The notes under the pieces are model-generated. The model ran no database searches and was not told the DNA's origin. It was given only the letters and a program-made list of their open reading frames with translations. A stretch of DNA of 18,494 bases. It comes from Oculatellaceae cyanobacterium bins.114. Its GTDB lineage: Bacteria > Cyanobacteriota > Cyanobacteriia > Elainellales > Elainellaceae. Positions 16,631 to 18,494 of the stretch are shown here, one piece after another; the stretch's first letter is position 1, and each line of letters opens with the position of its first letter. Both the position numbers and the translations under genes were made by a program. The stretch is taken from assembly GCA_033764315.1 (NCBI GenBank), contig JANRJA010000235.1, forward strand, positions 1 to 18,494, read 5' to 3'.

Positions 16631-16933
16631 CTACCAGCTTGACTTAACAACACCAGGCAATAATCCTTGGTGAGCCATCTCACGAATAACGTGGCGTGAA
16701 AGCCCAAAGTCACGATAGTAACCTCTAGGGCGACCCGTTAACCAGCAGCGATTGCGATGACGAGTGCGAGCACTGTTGCGGGGTAGCTGTTGAATTTGCC
16801 GATGAATTTCAAGCTTTTCTTGCTGAGAAGTTGCGCTTTGAAATTGCTCTTTTAACTCTGCTCGCTTTGCAGAATACTTCTCCATTAATCGTTCGCGCTT
16901 CTTCTCGCGCTCAATCATGCTCTTCTTTGCCAT
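16631..16933 (-). CDS. rpsN: 30S ribosomal protein S14 (long, non-zinc-ribbon form)
   Basis: [55 protein letters not shown]; 100 aa from ATG 16933; a single Cys. Confidence 0.98.
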   Translation of the reverse strand: MAKKSMIEREKKRERLMEKYSAKRAELKEQFQSATSQQEKLEIHRQIQQLPRNSARTRHRNRCWLTGRPRGYYRDFGLSRHVIREMAHQGLLPGVVKSSW

Positions 16934-17055
16934 GAACTTGCAATAACTCCGGAAAAAATCAAGACAGCATTCCCTATAGTAACCAACTTTTGAGCCAATT
17001 GCCAAAGCCGCGTCGCAAACTAAAACAAAATCGTAGACTAAAACGCTAGCGCAGA

Positions 17056-17751
17056 CTAAGGTAAGGTCACTATGGGAGTTGGGGGAGGGGTCACTTTTGC
17101 CACATTTACAGAAGGACACAAATCTGCCAACAGACATCGCTCACAGGCCGGGTTGCGTGCCATACAGACAGCACGACCGTGATAAATCAAGCGAATTGAC
17201 CAATTTTCCCAATCGGGCTGAGGCAACAACTCAATCAAATCGCGCTCAATTCTGACGGGATCATCATGCTCGGTTAGCCCCAAACGGTTACTCAATCGTT
17301 TGACATGGGTATCGACCGTGACTCCAGCGTTAATGCCATAAGCATGGGCCAGCACTACGTTAGCGGTTTTACGAGCAACTCCTGGCAATTTCAGCAACTC
17401 TTCCATCAGTTTGGGCACCTGTCCGCCATATTCAGTCACAATCATGCGACAGGCACCCTGGATATTTTTGGCTTTGTTGCGGTAAAAGCCCGTCGATCGC
17501 ACCAAAGCTTCGATTTCAGAAAGGTCAGCACTCGCGAGGGCAGCCGCATCGGGAAACCGACGGAACAGCTCTGGTGTCACCATATTGACTCGCTCATCGG
17601 TGCATTGAGCCGAGAGGATGGTAGCCACCAGTAGTTGCACCGGAGTGTCGTAATTAAGCGAACAGGTGGCATCGGGGTAAAGCCGCTTGAGCCGCACCAA
17701 AACCTCAAGTGCCCGATGTTTTTTAGCAGCTAACTTACGGGAAATGCTCAC
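17056..17751 (-). CDS. nth: Endonuclease III
   Basis: [13 protein letters not shown], HhH motif [14 protein letters not shown], and 4Fe-4S motif C-x6-C-x2-C-x5-C ([17 protein letters not shown]). Confidence 0.97.
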   Translation of the reverse strand: MSISRKLAAKKHRALEVLVRLKRLYPDATCSLNYDTPVQLLVATILSAQCTDERVNMVTPELFRRFPDAAALASADLSEIEALVRSTGFYRNKAKNIQGACRMIVTEYGGQVPKLMEELLKLPGVARKTANVVLAHAYGINAGVTVDTHVKRLSNRLGLTEHDDPVRIERDLIELLPQPDWENWSIRLIYHGRAVCMARNPACERCLLADLCPSVNVAKVTPPPTPIVTLP

Positions 17752-17768
17752 AGTCTTAGAAATGAGGG

Positions 17769-18494
17769 TTAGCGATGAAAGATTTCGAGTTGAGCCGTAT
17801 CCCGAACAATCAGGAAAATGCCCAGACCTAGTAGTAAGACCAACCCTGTTTGCATGACGTTTTCTTGAAGGCGATCGGGCAAGGGTTTACCGCGCAACGC
17901 TTCAATCAACAAGAAAATCAGTTGCCCACCATCTAGGGCCGGCAGCGGCAGAATGTTGATGATGGCAAGGTTGATACTGATAATGGCGGTATAAGGAAAT
18001 AGACTGAAGGGGTCTGAGGTCACTAGCCCAGCACCCTGTTCAACAATTTTGACAGGACCCGCCACCTGACTTGCTACTTGGGAGAAGTTGGTGACTAGCA
18101 TGACAAAGCCTTGCACTGTTCGCATAAACATGTTTTGAAACATGTCAGCGGCTAGACTGAAGACTTCAAAAATGCCGTTAGGACGACGAAATTGAAGCTT
18201 GCCATTGGGTTGTAGTTGAACCCCAATCCGAGGAGTGCCACTGCTATCTGGGATAGGCGTCACCGTCAGGTCAAGTTGGCGATCGCCCCGTTGCACCGTT
18301 AAATCGATCGGCTCATTGGGACTACTCTTAATAGTCGTCATTAATGTAGTTACAGCGGTTTCAGAAGCACTGAGAGGTTCTCCATCGACCGCTAAAATGA
18401 TGTCTCCTACCCGAATTCCAGCTTGAGCCGCAGGCGACTCTTGAGAGAGAACTTCAGGGACTAACACTCCTGGTTGATAGTTGATCCCATTAGG
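17769..18494 (-). CDS. rseP: RIP metalloprotease RseP (M50, PDZ domain), 5'-partial
   Basis: PDZ 'SPAAQAGIRVGDIILAVDG', 'VAGPVKI', 'INILPLPALDGG'; the frame stays open to the window end, so the N-terminal HExxH lies outside the window. Confidence 0.95.
   Translation of the reverse strand, partial: PNGINYQPGVLVPEVLSQESPAAQAGIRVGDIILAVDGEPLSASETAVTTLMTTIKSSPNEPIDLTVQRGDRQLDLTVTPIPDSSGTPRIGVQLQPNGKLQFRRPNGIFEVFSLAADMFQNMFMRTVQGFVMLVTNFSQVASQVAGPVKIVEQGAGLVTSDPFSLFPYTAIISINLAIINILPLPALDGGQLIFLLIEALRGKPLPDRLQENVMQTGLVLLLGLGIFLIVRDTAQLEIFHR

Larger units (their letters stand above)
317..18286. repeat. Dispersed HIP1 octamers (GCGATCGC)
   Basis: About 34 copies by manual count (e.g. 317, 605, 903, 2222, 4902, 7541, 8743, 11374, 13333, 18279) against less than one expected by chance in 18.5 kb. 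Confidence 0.95.

Noticed and set aside
16934..17137. 68 aa Cys-rich N-terminal extension of rpsN in the ORF track
   Set aside because: S14 homology begins at MAKKSM (16933); the extension overlaps the nth 3' end in another frame.

Overview
Cyanobacterial chromosomal segment, judged from about 34 HIP1 octamers (GCGATCGC, manual count), a plant-type petF ferredoxin, cyanobacterial bvdR and the rseP-nth-rpsN cluster. Gene order: 5'-truncated giant RTX/Ig-domain surface protein (+), mutL (+), membrane-anchored hypothetical (-), murF (-), divergent ~425 aa hypothetical (+), rpsU (+), Era-like GTPase/DUF697 (+), SpoIID/LytB protein (+), petF (-), bvdR (+), small Cys/Trp-rich hypothetical (-), rpsN (-), nth (-), partial rseP (-). 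The window is mostly housekeeping. I found no CRISPR array, tRNA/rRNA, transposase or recognisable defence system, and I cannot claim a wholly new multi-gene system. The best non-obvious signals are small: (i) a 164 bp MITE-like element with imperfect TIRs and a CATT direct repeat, holding two inverted 46 nt double-hairpin REP-like units with compensatory changes; (ii) a REP-like palindrome sitting in frame inside mutL between TCTCTG direct repeats 30 bp apart; (iii) a near-consensus CRP box with class II geometry upstream of the uncharacterised gene divergent from murF; (iv) a hairpin-rich region after rpsU with a possible 38 aa ORF; (v) a small protein with a duplicated PCCRL motif next to bvdR.
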